DNA of 64,000 nt from Chiloscyllium plagiosum. Lineage: Eukaryota. Position 1 is the first letter of the stretch. Every line of letters starts with the position of its first letter. This document shows positions 48,634 through 60,600 of the stretch, one piece after another. The notes below the pieces were generated by a model. The model searched no databases. It was not told where the DNA came from and saw only the letters and a list, made by a program, of their open reading frames with translations. A program made the position numbers and the translations under genes. The stretch covers positions 56,363,079 through 56,427,078 of the forward strand of contig NC_057719.1 in assembly GCF_004010195.1 (NCBI RefSeq), given 5' to 3'.

Positions 48634-49239
48634 ATTCAAGGATGAAATGGGGATCAAATCTAGTTTTCTAGAAAATTAAATTTATGCCAACAGATTCAAT
48701 GGTGGACAAAGAAATGTTGAACCTGGTTTTTACTCTGCAATATTTTGAAGTCTCCAAATCCAAAAACTAATTTATCTGGACCATAATCCTATAGTTTTAT
48801 TTACTGAGATTTTATACCAAGATTTGAAACTTGTTTGAGTTTAATGTTGAAGCAGTATAATTTGAAAATAATCGGCATCTTAAGAAAAGGCAATATTATA
48901 GTGGATGCTTGATCAAAAGCAAATATAAAAGAAAATAATTCTCGTTAAAAATGGGCTTGTGCAGAATATAATTGCTATGAAAGTACTGTGTTCAATATAA
49001 ATATATCATTACTGTCAGAAGTAAAATGCAAATAGCATGAGTGAGTTTTAATACAAAATTAAAATGTCCCTTAAAGGTCCCTTTCCTTGTTTTTATGGAA
49101 GAGGTGTGACAATGGTTTGAAATACATTATTTGGTAACTTGGAATCTAAAGTAGAAATAAATGAGTTTCTGATTTTTAGTTCTGTGAATGTGACTTTTTA
49201 AGGGCAAGAACCATTTTAAAAAGTGTATTAAAACAGCAT

Positions 49240-49495
49240 TTTTCTTTTATTTGCTTGTGGGATATAGGCAACCTTGGCAGGCCAGCATTTATTACCCATC
49301 TCTAGTTGCCCTTGAGAAGATGGTAGTAGGCCACCTTCTCGAACTGCCTCAGTCCATGTGCTGTAGGCACATCAACAGGGATGTTAGGGAGAAAATGCCA
49401 GGATTTTGACACAGCAACAGTGAAGAAATAGTGCTAAATTTTCAAGTCAAGATGGTGAGTGGCTTGAAGCGAACTTGCTGGTGGTAGTGTTCTCA
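49240..49495 (-). mobile_element. LINE 3' fragment inserted in the right LTR
   Basis: ggccagcatttattacccatc tail; interrupts LTR-LTR colinearity. Confidence 0.7.
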
Positions 49496-50031
49496 GTGAA
49501 TTATGTGACTTAAGCTAAATGATTAAACAAGTTACCGAGAGTAATAACTGCTCAAATGTTCACTTAGTTGAGCTTTTGTGACCTAAAGAAAGAGAGGTCG
49601 GGGATAGAGTAACTGCAGTTTGGAAGAAAAGCTCCATATGAGCAAAACGTTAGCTATGTTTTGGCAGTGCTCAGGCAGTCAGAGCTGAAAATAAGACTTA
49701 AGCTGTTTCAATAGTCCAAGTACATAGGCCTGGAAAATATTTTGAGTGCTTCTTATAGTTCAGTGAGAAATGTTGGCGAGTTAGTCCGTTTCTGCTTGTC
49801 TTTTTAGGAAAGATGGAGAAAATCGCATCTGATGAATGATGTGCAGAAAGTCACCAAAAGGAAATACTTGTAACATCATCAGTCGAGTAGGAAACTTTGA
49901 ATTGTATATAGGAGTAATATTTCACTTGAATTGAATATCTGTCAAGAATATTGCTGGCAAAAAAGGTTAAGCCTTCTTTTTGAAACGTATAAGATCTTCC
50001 TGATCTATGGCTTTTTATTTTCTTTTATGTA

Positions 50032-50368
50032 ATCATAGATCACAGAATCCCTGCAGTATGGAAACAGGCCATGTGGCCCAACAAGTCCATACCAATCCTT
50101 CGAACAGTAACCCACCCAGATCCATTCCCCAACATTTCCCCTGGCTAATGCACCTAACCTACCCATAGCTGAATGCAATGGGCAATTTAGCATGGCTAAT
50201 TCACCTAACCTGCACATCTTTGGACTGTGGGAGGAAACCAGAACACCCAGAGGAAACAAACACAGACATCGGAAGACTGCAAATTCCACATAGACAGTTG
50301 CCCGAGGCTGGAGTCAAACCAGGTCCCTAGCACTATGAGGTAATAATGCTAACCACTGAGCTACCATG
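50032..50368 (-). mobile_element. HE1-type SINE, older copy
   Basis: Reverse complement of tRNA head, V domain and tail. Confidence 0.87.
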
Positions 50369-51713
50369 ATATAGTATTCAGAAGTGGATTCTAGGGTGTC
50401 TATATTTCTTCCTGCCTTGACCAAGACTGTTAAACATACTGCAACCCCACTTCTTCAGCACAACCGAGAAATCATATGTAGAATCTTCTAGTGAGTACAG
50501 CTTTTTATGAAACCGGATAAACTATATTCAGAACACTTGTGAAGAAGGGTCACTGAACCTGAAACATTAAGGCTGCTTTCTGTCCACAGATGCTGCCAGA
50601 TTTGCTGTGTTTTTCCAGCAATTTCTCTGTTTGTTTCTGTTCCTACATGCGCAGTTCTTTGTTTCTTTTTATCCATTATCAGATCAGTGTCTGATATCTC
50701 ATAAATGGGACACTGAGCTATTTAGGAAAAAAAAAACTGGTTAAAGATATAGGCTTTAAGAAGCAACCGAGACAGAAGAAAAAAGATTTATGAAGAGATT
50801 TCAAGAGCTGAAGGATGAGACAGCTTAAAGCACAGCCATTAATGAAAGGTTTTAAAAAAAAATAGGGATAGCAAGAGGCCAGAAGAGGAGGATCACAGAG
50901 AGTGTTGGGAAGGTAGGGGTTACAGAGATAGGGATGAGGAGATGGAATACTTTGAACATAACAATATGAAATTTAGATTTGAGGCTTTGCTGCTGAACCT
51001 ATCAGTGGAAGCCAGTGAACTCAGGGGTTTTGGTAAATAATACTTTAAGTTTTAAAATAAGCAGATGGAATGACAGTACAAGTTGATGGAGTGTCGAATT
51101 AATTTCATACCTTGGATCTATGATGACACATATCTAGATTAAAACTGGCAAATTATCCAGACATTTCTAAAGTTTCAGTATTAAATTGGTAGTTTACAAA
51201 TGCTGTGAAAGCAGCATGAATCTTCAGATTATCTAGTGACAGCAGCACCACACTTAGTTGTCAACAACATCAACCAAATACATTACATCTCACATGGACT
51301 GTGATGACCTGGTAACTCATTATCATCTTTCATAAATCCCTCACTGTTTCAGATTTGTCACGATGCCTGTCTAAAGTTGGTGACCAGTCCCATCTTTCAT
51401 CAAATATTGGCAGGATTGAAGCCACTGTTTTCAGACTTTGCCACAAAATCTGTTCTCTGGCTAACTTCACCTTGACTACAGAGAGTGAACAAGATTGTTA
51501 GCAACCTACTTAATTGTGGAATCATTCTTAACATTAAGATGGCTTCCACCTCCAAATTCTATTAGCATTACTGCCCACTTCTGTTTCTCCACGATTCAAC
51601 TCTTCAACTGTTGAAACATGCCTTTGTTACCAACAGACTTGATCATTTGCGTGCACTTCTGATTTCCCTAAATTACACACTCCATAATTTCCTCCATAAT
51701 TTCTGCAACATAC

Positions 51714-52034
51714 GGGCGGCACGGTGGCACAGTAGTTAGTACTGCTTCCTCACAGCGCCAGAGACCTGGGTTCATTGCCCGCCTCAGGCGACTGTCTGTG
51801 TGGAGTTTGCACATTCTCCCCGTGTCTGCGTGGGTTTCCTCTGGGTGCTCCGGTTTCCTCCCACAGTCCAAAAATGTGCAGGTTAGGTGAATTGGCCAAG
51901 TTAAATTGCCCGTAGTGTTAGATGAAGGGGTAAATGTAGGGGAATGGGTGGGTTGCGCTTCAGCGGGTCAGTGTGGACTTGTTGGGCCGAAGGGCCTGTT
52001 TCCACACTGTAAGTAATCTAAACTAATCTATCTA
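51714..52034 (+). mobile_element. HE1-type V-SINE, full length
   Basis: Near-identical to 14619-14945; aatttctgca recurs on both sides. Confidence 0.93.
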
Positions 52035-52909
52035 AATTTCTGCATCATCCCTGTACCTACAGATTTTGTTAGCTCAAAATCAACATCATCATCATTCTAT
52101 TCAAATTCTTCTTTGGACTTGCCCCTCCATATTGTTGTATAAGGTAATGATTCTGGAAGTGTTCCTGTTGAAGCTGCCTTAGGTTCTGTCAATCTGATTA
52201 TGTCATACAGTCTTTGTGTAGAGAAGAAGCACCTTAGAACGAGATAACAATGGAGACAGGTGAATCATCTCAGGCCCCTGTTTGCCTTTAACTAATTATG
52301 CTTAATTAGTCTACGTAACACATATCTTTTGCAATTGTGTAACAAACTATATCTTGTGGAGTAAAACAAGTGTCTCTCTTTAAGATTAAATAGTGATTAT
52401 TTGTTCCCACTGTGCATTAGGTAGGCACCTGGACTCAGTAGAAAAAATTATTTTCCTTTTGGATTTTGATTTTTGTTAGGGAAATCTATACTAATTCTGT
52501 TGTATTTGGTTTTGAATATAGTATAGAGGAGGCTTGGTAGCCGCACTATACCCTAAGTACAAGCTACCAGTATTTGACATGATGATCAGTAGCAGGGATA
52601 GTTGCATAAATACTTCAAGGTAACAAAAGAGGAAAAACAAAGTTAGCTTGGCAAGGAAGTGAGTAAAACACTAGTCACACTGGGAAGTTACAATGTCCTT
52701 ATGGAAGAAGTATCTGTAGGAGCAGTTAAGAGCTGTGTGAATAATGCTCGAAATCCTTGCTGCAAGGGAGAAAACCTTTAAAATAACAGCTCAAAGAACC
52801 AGGCTGTGTAGGAGAAAAGATTAAAAAGACAGACAACAGACTGTTCAAATTAAGCATACCACCAATGTAAACAGGCACAAAAAGGCATGGTTCCATTAAA
52901 TAATACGAG

Positions 52910-53900
52910 GGCCAGTGCTGGGTTCTCTACTTTTTATCATTTACATAAATGATTGGATGCGAGCATAAGAGGTGCATTTAGTAAGTTTACAGATGACACC
53001 AAAATTGGAGGTGTAGTGGACAGCGAATAGGGTTACCTCAGATTACAACAGGATCTGGACCAGATGGGCCAATGGGCTGAGAAGTGGCAGATGGAGTTTA
53101 ATTCAGATAAATGCGAGGTGCTGCTTTTTGGGAAAGCAAATCTTAGCAGGACTTACACACTTAATGGTAAGGTCCTAGGGAGTGTTGCTGAATAAAGAGA
53201 CCTTGGAGTGCAGGTTCATAGCTCCTTGAAAGTGGAGTCACATGAGATAGGATAGTGAAGAAGGCATTTGGTATGCTTTCCTTTATTGGTCAGAGTATTG
53301 AGTACAGGAGTTGGGAGGTCATGTTGCGGCTGTACAGGAACAGGACATTGGTTAGGCCATTGTTGGAATATTGCATGCAATTCTGGTCTCCTTTTTATCG
53401 GAAAGATGTTGTGAAACATGAAAGGGTTCAGAAAAGATTTACAAGGATGTTGTCAGGGTTGGAGGATTTGAGCTATAGGGAGAGGTTGAACAGGCTGGGG
53501 CTGGAGCATCAGAGGCTGAGGGGTGACCTTATAGAGGTTTACAAAATTATGAGGGGCATGGATAGGATAAATAGGCAAAGTCTTTTCCCTGGGGTCGGGG
53601 AGTCCAGAACTAGAGGGCATAGGTTTAGGGTGAGAGGGGAAAGATATAAAAGAGACCTAAGGGGCAACTTTTTCACGCAGAGGGTGGTACATGTATGGAA
53701 TGAGCTGCCAGAGGATGTGGTGGAGGCTGGTACAATCGCAACATTTAAGAGGCATTTGGATGGGTGTATGAATAGGAAGGGTTTGGAGGGATATGGGCCG
53801 GGTGCTGGCAGGGGGGACTAGATTGGGTTGGGATATCTGGTCAGCATGGATGGGTTGGACTGAAGGGTCTGTTTCCATGCTGTACATCTCTATGACTCTA
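52910..53900 (+). mobile_element. Young 5'-truncated CR1 LINE
   Basis: DDTKIGG, WQMEFN..KC, RPLLEYCMQFWSP, TRGH, NFFTQRVV; ORF 53255..53821; ends ctatgactcta. Confidence 0.93.
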
Positions 53901-54499
53901 TTCCAAAGCTGTGCTATCAGGAAAGTTGCAGAGTACATTTAAGGCAACAAAAGTGCAATTTAAAAGAGTTCAAACATGAATGAATGGAGATAGAAGAATT
54001 TAAACACTGTGATAGACTCAGGAAATTCATAACTTAAAGTTTATTTTAAAAATTTTACAAAGGGTCGTAAATTATGTTTTAAACTGTGAAAGATGGGATA
54101 ATATCATTTTGCCCATGATTGAACAGAAAACTTTCATCTTGCCTCCATAAGATGAGAAAATCTCCAGAGGTTGGGACACCTCCATTTTTGTTATGGCCCA
54201 GTAATCAGTAGAGATACAATACTGCCCTATACGGAATTTTAAAAGAATTCAAAATACTTATGGATAACGAAAGTATTGTCAATTTTCTATCATACTGAAT
54301 TTAAATGTTTGAAGAGACTTGAAGGTAAGCAAATTAAAACAACATTTAAAGTAAGATTACAAGCTAGAACACCATTATGAGGTATCTCCTGAAAATTTTA
54401 TAACTTTGATGTAAACAGAATAAAGTAACATTTATATACCATAGAATTTAAAATGGCTTTAAAGGAATCCAAATAAATGGTCATATTAAAAAATGGTAG

Positions 54500-55450
54500 G
54501 AGAAATAATACTGCCATCAGGGTTCAATGTTGGATGGGCCAAATGGAACACAGCTTTAGACAACCTGGATAAAACACTTATTATACAGAATTCCTTCAAA
54601 ATTAAATACTAAATCTCAAGATGAACAAGTAAGTATACTATTGTCTTCTGTGGGTACTATATCTGATGATATTATGAATCGAAATGGGACACGCCTCATT
54701 TAGAAGAAGTTCTAACTGTTCTGATAACTTCTAACAGCTCAATCTGAGAACAAATTGAAAGGGTGAGATATTGCAAAAGAGTATTGCATCCAGGTAGATC
54801 CATAAATAATTAATGCTCTCCAGATTCGTGAAGAACTGTGACTACTTTGAAATCAGAATTTATCAGAGGCAGAGTTGTTGTTGGAATTACTGATGAGTGT
54901 TCGTCAGATTTATTATAGCTCAAGGAAGATTGTACTTTGGAGAAATCTATCCAAATTGTGCTAGAAGTTGAAACCTGGAAGACCAAAAGACAACCCCCGA
55001 GAGAAGAAGGACAATGTTACTACAGCAGGCCAACAGAGCCTATCCACTTTACAAGATATAAACATTCTACAGACACATTTGACAATTGTTATCATTAGTA
55101 CTTGAAACAAATCCTCACAATAACAAGCAGTGCCCAACTATGACAAACGAATGTCACTCTGCAACCTAGAAAAGATGTCTCACCTGGTAAAAGTGTAGAG
55201 GTAGGACAAAATTTCAGAGCAGCAAAAAGCCAAAAGCTTACTCATATAAAAAAAGGTTAGAAAATTAAGAATATATTTCTCTGTTAGACTACATAGCTCC
55301 CTTTGAAAAGATACCCACAGCATTCCTAGGGGAAACTGGTGATCCAACTGATTCAAATTTGACATAACGGGTGCATGTCAATGGACAACTATTAATTTTA
55401 TGCTTGATAAAGGTACAATTTTGTTGTCCTATCAAATTAAATGCCATGAC
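54500..55450 (+). mobile_element. Degraded Gypsy gag/protease remnant
   Basis: EQVSILLSSVG and SEFIRGRVVVGITDE...TLEKSIQI motifs with stops and frameshifts. Confidence 0.55.
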
Positions 55451-56796
55451 TAATGAAACCTTAGCTGCAGCCCTCACAGCAAAGGTTTAATAACTCTAAA
55501 CAGTAAATGGTATGCCACAAAGAACACTGTAATGCAAAGATCATAGAATCTCAACAGTATGGAAGCAGACCATTAGGCACATCAAGCCCACACTGACCCT
55601 CTAAGAGCATCCCACCCAAACTTGTTAAAACATTTTCTACTCCTATTAGCACTGAAGACAGAAGACAACACTTAGCATAGATTGGCAGAAGCAAGTACTG
55701 AGAACAAGAATGAGCAGCACAGGTCACAAGCTCATTGACAAATCTTGAATTGAAATTGTTTAGCCATCGTAATAGCCCATTGAAGGACCTGATACAACAG
55801 ATTTGATTTTGATACTGTTGGAGCACTCGTTAATGTTTCATCATTTTCATTTTTTCTTTTATAAATTTTGGTTTGGACGTCTACATGAGTTCTGATTACA
55901 AATAGTAATAAGGTTTTAAATTCTTCTAAAAGAATAATTTCTCTGAGAACATCATGTATTCCTCAGCCTTTAATATTGTTATCCACCTATCAAATTTGTT
56001 TGTCCAAGTAGTTTTAAGGGTGGAGGTATGTTAAAGCCTTCACTTATTTTTATTTTATTCTTTTTTGTATTTTGGTTTGGAGCTGTGAATTGTGAGCTAA
56101 CGATGACTTTTGGACTGTGAGTAATGGCTTCTGTTAAAATGAAAACAGACCAATATTTGTTTATTCATGAGGCCATGCCTAAAGTTAATTGCAGGTTGGT
56201 TCTGCAGACACTTCATCACCATGGAATAGCATTACATTGAAACAGAGAGCAAAATTTGGCTATTAATGAGATCAGGACCTGGGAATTGGTTGAAGCAAGT
56301 TTGGAAAAATACCAAGATGGCAGATGTTGAATGGTAACTGGGTCCTCATGGAGGAGACAGACAGTCTGTCAGGGAGTGGTCAGCATTTAAATTGGGGTTT
56401 TCAGACTGCTTTCTTAATGCTACAACATGAAGATTTGAAAGCTCTCTGTCTAACCTTCAATGAGCTACTCTTGGAAGCTCAGAGAATAGAAAACTAAGTT
56501 ATATGTATTAATGTCTTTATCTGAGTGAACTGTTAAGGTTACTGACATATTCATAAAGTCAACCAAGAAATCATCATATAATTCTGTGAAAACAAAGGTT
56601 TGGGGGTTTAAAGTATAGACCAGTTATATTACTCTGTTACTTAATTTAGTTCTACTGAAGTTATTGTATTGTTAATAAGTAAGATACAAACTCATGAGAG
56701 AATTGATTATTCACAAAGTCTGGGATTAGTTATTCAAAAGTCTAGTTAGGAACAATTAGGGTCAATTTTGAGGGTCTTTGAAGGTTTTAATTTTTC

Positions 56797-57002
56797 AGAG
56801 TTAAAAATCACACAACACCAGGTTATAGTCCAACAGGTTTAATTGGAAGCACTAGCTTTCAGAGCGCTGCTTTTTCATCAGGTGGTTGAAGGAGCAGCAC
56901 TCCGAAAGCTAATGCTTCCAATTAAACCTGTTGGACTACAACCTGGTGTTGTATGATTTTTAACTTTGTACACCCCAATCCAACACCAGCATCTCCAAAT
57001 CA
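56797..57002. mobile_element. Penelope-like fold-back insertion
   Basis: 79-bp inverted arms 56799-56877 and 56887-56965 (7 mismatches); ttaatttt on both flanks. Confidence 0.8.
56850..56884 (-). ncRNA. Partly degenerate minimal hammerhead (GAAAG-CUA variant)
   Basis: CAC CUGAUGA A AAAGC AGC GCUCU GAAAG CUA GUG; stem II has a mismatch. Confidence 0.55.
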
Positions 57003-57699
57003 TTAATTTTACTGTGTTGCGAATACAGAGATAGAAAGGTTGATGTGGGTCAGCAGTCTGTCTCTGTGTCATAATAATCTGGAAGGATGAACTAACACCA
57101 GTTCAAGAGCAATATTTCAATTGTCCATCTTCCAAAGAATTATCAGTATCAGTCACAAAGATAATGCTAAGTAATCAGCAATCCCCTAATGACACAACTA
57201 AGGTTGGAAAATTGTTTAGTTCACCAGTAAGACATCTATGGGGCAAATGAATATATCCAACCTACTCAACAGGTAGTAGTATAGAGATTGGAGATTGAGA
57301 GATTACAGATTCAGCAGATTGAGGGTAAAGATTTGCTTGAACACTCCATGGAACCAATTGTTCCTTGTTCAGGTGATGCTTATGAAGATATTACCTGGTC
57401 TAAAAATCCAGGATACTATCAGGAAAAAAATTGTTTCAACAGAGCATCAGTTTTCCATAATGGACACACATGAGATTAAAGCTTTCTTGTGGAAATTATG
57501 AGACAACAAAGAGAATTATGAATCCTCTGGACCACTTTAATTTGTGGAGTTAGAAATATGTGGGGAAGAACATGGGTTAATAGTAAGTGTAGAAGTATTT
57601 ATAGACTTTAATGTACAACATTTAACCATGGGAGTAGAACAGCTTGGAGGAAGTGTTGTCTGAGGTAACAGCTCTGAAAGAGTTAACACTAAAGCTGCA

Positions 57700-58365
57700 C
57701 AGTCTTTGGATAGAAAGAAGAGGGATCTTAGAGTGCTTGTCCACAGATCCATAAACGTGGCTGGACAGGTTAACAGAGTGGTTAAGCAGGGAGACGGTAC
57801 ATTTGTCTTTATCAATCCTGACACAGATTATAAGAGCGGGGGAGTTATGTTACAGCTGCACAAACCTTTGGTTGACCACAGCTGGAGAACTCTGTGCAGT
57901 TCTAGGAAGGCATGATTACATTGGAGAGGGGATTTACCAGAATCTTGTCCGTTTGAAGCATTTTAGCTACAAAGAGAGACTAGATAAACTTGGGTTGTTT
58001 TCTATAGAACAGAGAAGGTTGAGGGGGAGCATGATTGAGATATATAAGATTATGAGGAGCATGGACAAGGTGGAGAGGAAGCAGCTGTTCCCCTGAGTTG
58101 AAGGTTAATAATGAGGGGACATAATTTTAAGATGAAGATTTAACAGGGATTTCAGGGAAGTTTTGTTTTCCACCCAGAGGGTGGTGAGAATCAGAAATGT
58201 ATTGCCAACGAGGGCAGTGGAGGGAAACCTCATAACTTTTAAAGTATGTGGATGAGCACGTGACATGTTACAACATTTAAAGTCAAGTACTGGAAAATGG
58301 CATTAGTGGAGATTGAATCTGTGCCAACCTATCAGCTGAAGGGCCTCTTTACTGTATGACTCCAT
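57700..58365 (+). mobile_element. Old CR1 LINE 3' part
   Basis: RDLRVLVHRS, YKERLDKLGLFSIEQRRLRG..IEIYKIM. Confidence 0.82.
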
Positions 58366-60289
58366 GCATCTCTCTCTGCCACTCTATGAGGTTGCAAAGA
58401 GGACAGCTATGCCATCTCTTGCTCCTGATAGTTCTTATAATTATGCCAGGTTAGGTAATGCAACATGAACCTATTCCTATCTTCCAATAAACTATATTTT
58501 GTTAAGACAGTTGTCTTTTCTGATTGAGACACAATCATGGTTTATCATCTGGTGTGAGTTTGCCTCCAACAACAGTGCACCAAACCACATCTGTTGCAGA
58601 TTTTGTTTGGTGTACTTTGCTGACAATAGCAACAGTGCTAGCTGCATCTAAAGCATGTTATTGCTGTGGCCTGCACTATATCTTCATACTGGTGTCCATC
58701 CTTATGTATCATGTCAATGGTATGGCCCTTTTTTCTTGTCCAAAAGGTCTTTCTTAAAGACTTTAATTGGGGTAGAGATGGTGACTAATGTGATGAGTCT
58801 TTCCTTTGAAACGATTATACTCATGCACTTTGCTACAACATCTTCCAATAAATTGATCAGTAAACTCTTAGGGTTTCTATCTGTATGATATGAGTTAGAT
58901 TTTCTAATTCTCAAGTTAATTCTAGTCTTCAAGAACTTTCCAAATCTGTCCCGGGTCTTTCTCGTAGTCTTTGGAATGACTAGATGCCTTAAGCTAAAGG
59001 CAATCAATATTTTAAAAGTTTTTTTTCCTCAGGATCATCTGTCACTTGATCTGTAAAGTAGAACTACATTTGTTGTTTGCACAGTTACAAGTCAGTAAGG
59101 GTGTCACTGGATGCTCATCCATAATTAGATTTTTGCAGTCCATGATTCAGCTTTTAAAAGGATAGACTATATCTTTAAGTCAATAAAAGTTAAAAACAAA
59201 TGCTCCTTGCCTTTGTGTCAGCAGAAATAAAAAGTGACCCTTGTATAAGTGCCAAACTCTGCAGCTGCAACGGTTGATCAATATTACTTCTGTATCATCT
59301 TTCAGGAAAAAAAGTGTCCTAGGTTTGCAGCTTTCTGGAGTGTATAACACTGCCTCCACTCAAACATGAACTAGAGCTTTTTAAAAGTGTTTAATCGAGG
59401 CTTGATTAAACTTGAAAGATTTAATTAAACTTGAAAGAATTTACATCCCAACCAATACAAGTAATCTGTCTTTCTTGGCGATCGATACCTTAACTACAGT
59501 TCTGTATTATTGACTGTACTCATACAAACTAATACTGCTGAAGAATGAGGAACTGTCCCCCCTTTGTCCAAATTCTCCATTGTAGTCTGGTTGGTCTTCA
59601 TTAGTTTCCCAAATAGCTACCACCAAGATATTGGAGTCCTGTATGGACAATCCTCCCTTGCTGGTGTGAGTTCACATCCGACAAGGTATTTTATCAGTAC
59701 AGTAATGCTTAGGTTATTTCCGTAACACAAGCACCGGGTGGGTAATGTTTTTGAAGAATCTAACAGACATTTATTACAACTATTATATTAGAAATATTAT
59801 TCTTACAATACACAAGGGCCTGGTCTAACTTTAAACTGGTAGAATACAGCAGGAAACTATGCTTCCTATCACTATCACAACCACAAATGATGGATTATGA
59901 TCAATAATAGAAGCCTCCCTCTGTAATTCCCTCTAAACCTATAACCCTCTGAGGTATCAATGTTGGTTCATTAGCACTAGAACAGAACTCTTAATGGCCA
60001 CTTTATCGAACAGATGCGGCGGCCTTCAAGGATTTTATCCAATAATCAGAGATTTCAGGACCAGCTACAGTCTTTTCAATTTAAAGTCTGGAACTGATTT
60101 ATTTGGATTTTTAGGGACAGTTTGCTACTAAGTGTTGGACCTACGGTTCCTTTTCATTTGGGTTTGTTATTTGAGCAGTGTACTCAAGCAAGTTTTAAGG
60201 TTCGTGAGTAAATAATAAATTATTAATTTGCTAATGAGCGAACTGCTACAGTCAGTAGTAAACATTCTGGGTTTTTCTCTCCGGCTAAT

Positions 60290-60600
60290 CAAGATTACGC
60301 TGACTGACGTTGTTTCGACAGTTCCTGTATAGCCTTGTAGAGAGTACAGGCGGGCGGGGTAACAGGGGGCTCGGCCTCATATGGGCGGTGCTTCCTGTCG
60401 GGCATCGGGCTGTTGTGCGTTCATAGGGAATGGCGGAGAAGTTACCGGGTCTCGGCCTCTACCTTAGTCCCGGTAATATGCTGCTGGCCGGCGGTAACAC
60501 GGACGCGGAGAAGGTGAGGTTAGGACCGAGCATCCAGCGGCTGAGGTTCGAGCCCCAGCAATAGTGGGCGGGCGGCTGGGCTGGGCTGGGCCCCGAGCCC
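60290..60600 (+). promoter_or_regulatory. FAM177A1 small CpG-island promoter
   Basis: CpG-rich patch with TGACGT (60305-60310), GC boxes (about 60349-60359 and 60383-60388) and a CTTCCTG ETS-like motif. Confidence 0.72.
60430..60513 (+). CDS. FAM177A1: FAM177A1 exon 1 (MAEKLPGLGLYLSPGNMLLAGGNTDAEK)
   Basis: GGAATGG Kozak context in CpG island, AAG|gtgagg donor, phase 0. Confidence 0.82.

Larger units (their letters stand above)
44842..50000 (+). mobile_element. Degenerate Gypsy LTR retrotransposon, Gmr1-like domain order, with nested insertions
   Basis: Two diverged LTR-like direct repeats (about 44842-45620 and 49105-50000), purine tract ggaagagg before the second TG; integrase APLIIIPAFKEPFSRIIIDCV near 46760 precedes RT-connection/RNase H KPFKLVVDTSNIGVGAVLL near 48475. 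Confidence 0.8.

Noticed and set aside
60381..60467. Out-of-frame upstream ATG overlapping the FAM177A1 start
   Set aside because: Coincides with GC-box promoter sequence and is probably upstream of the transcription start; unsupported without TSS data
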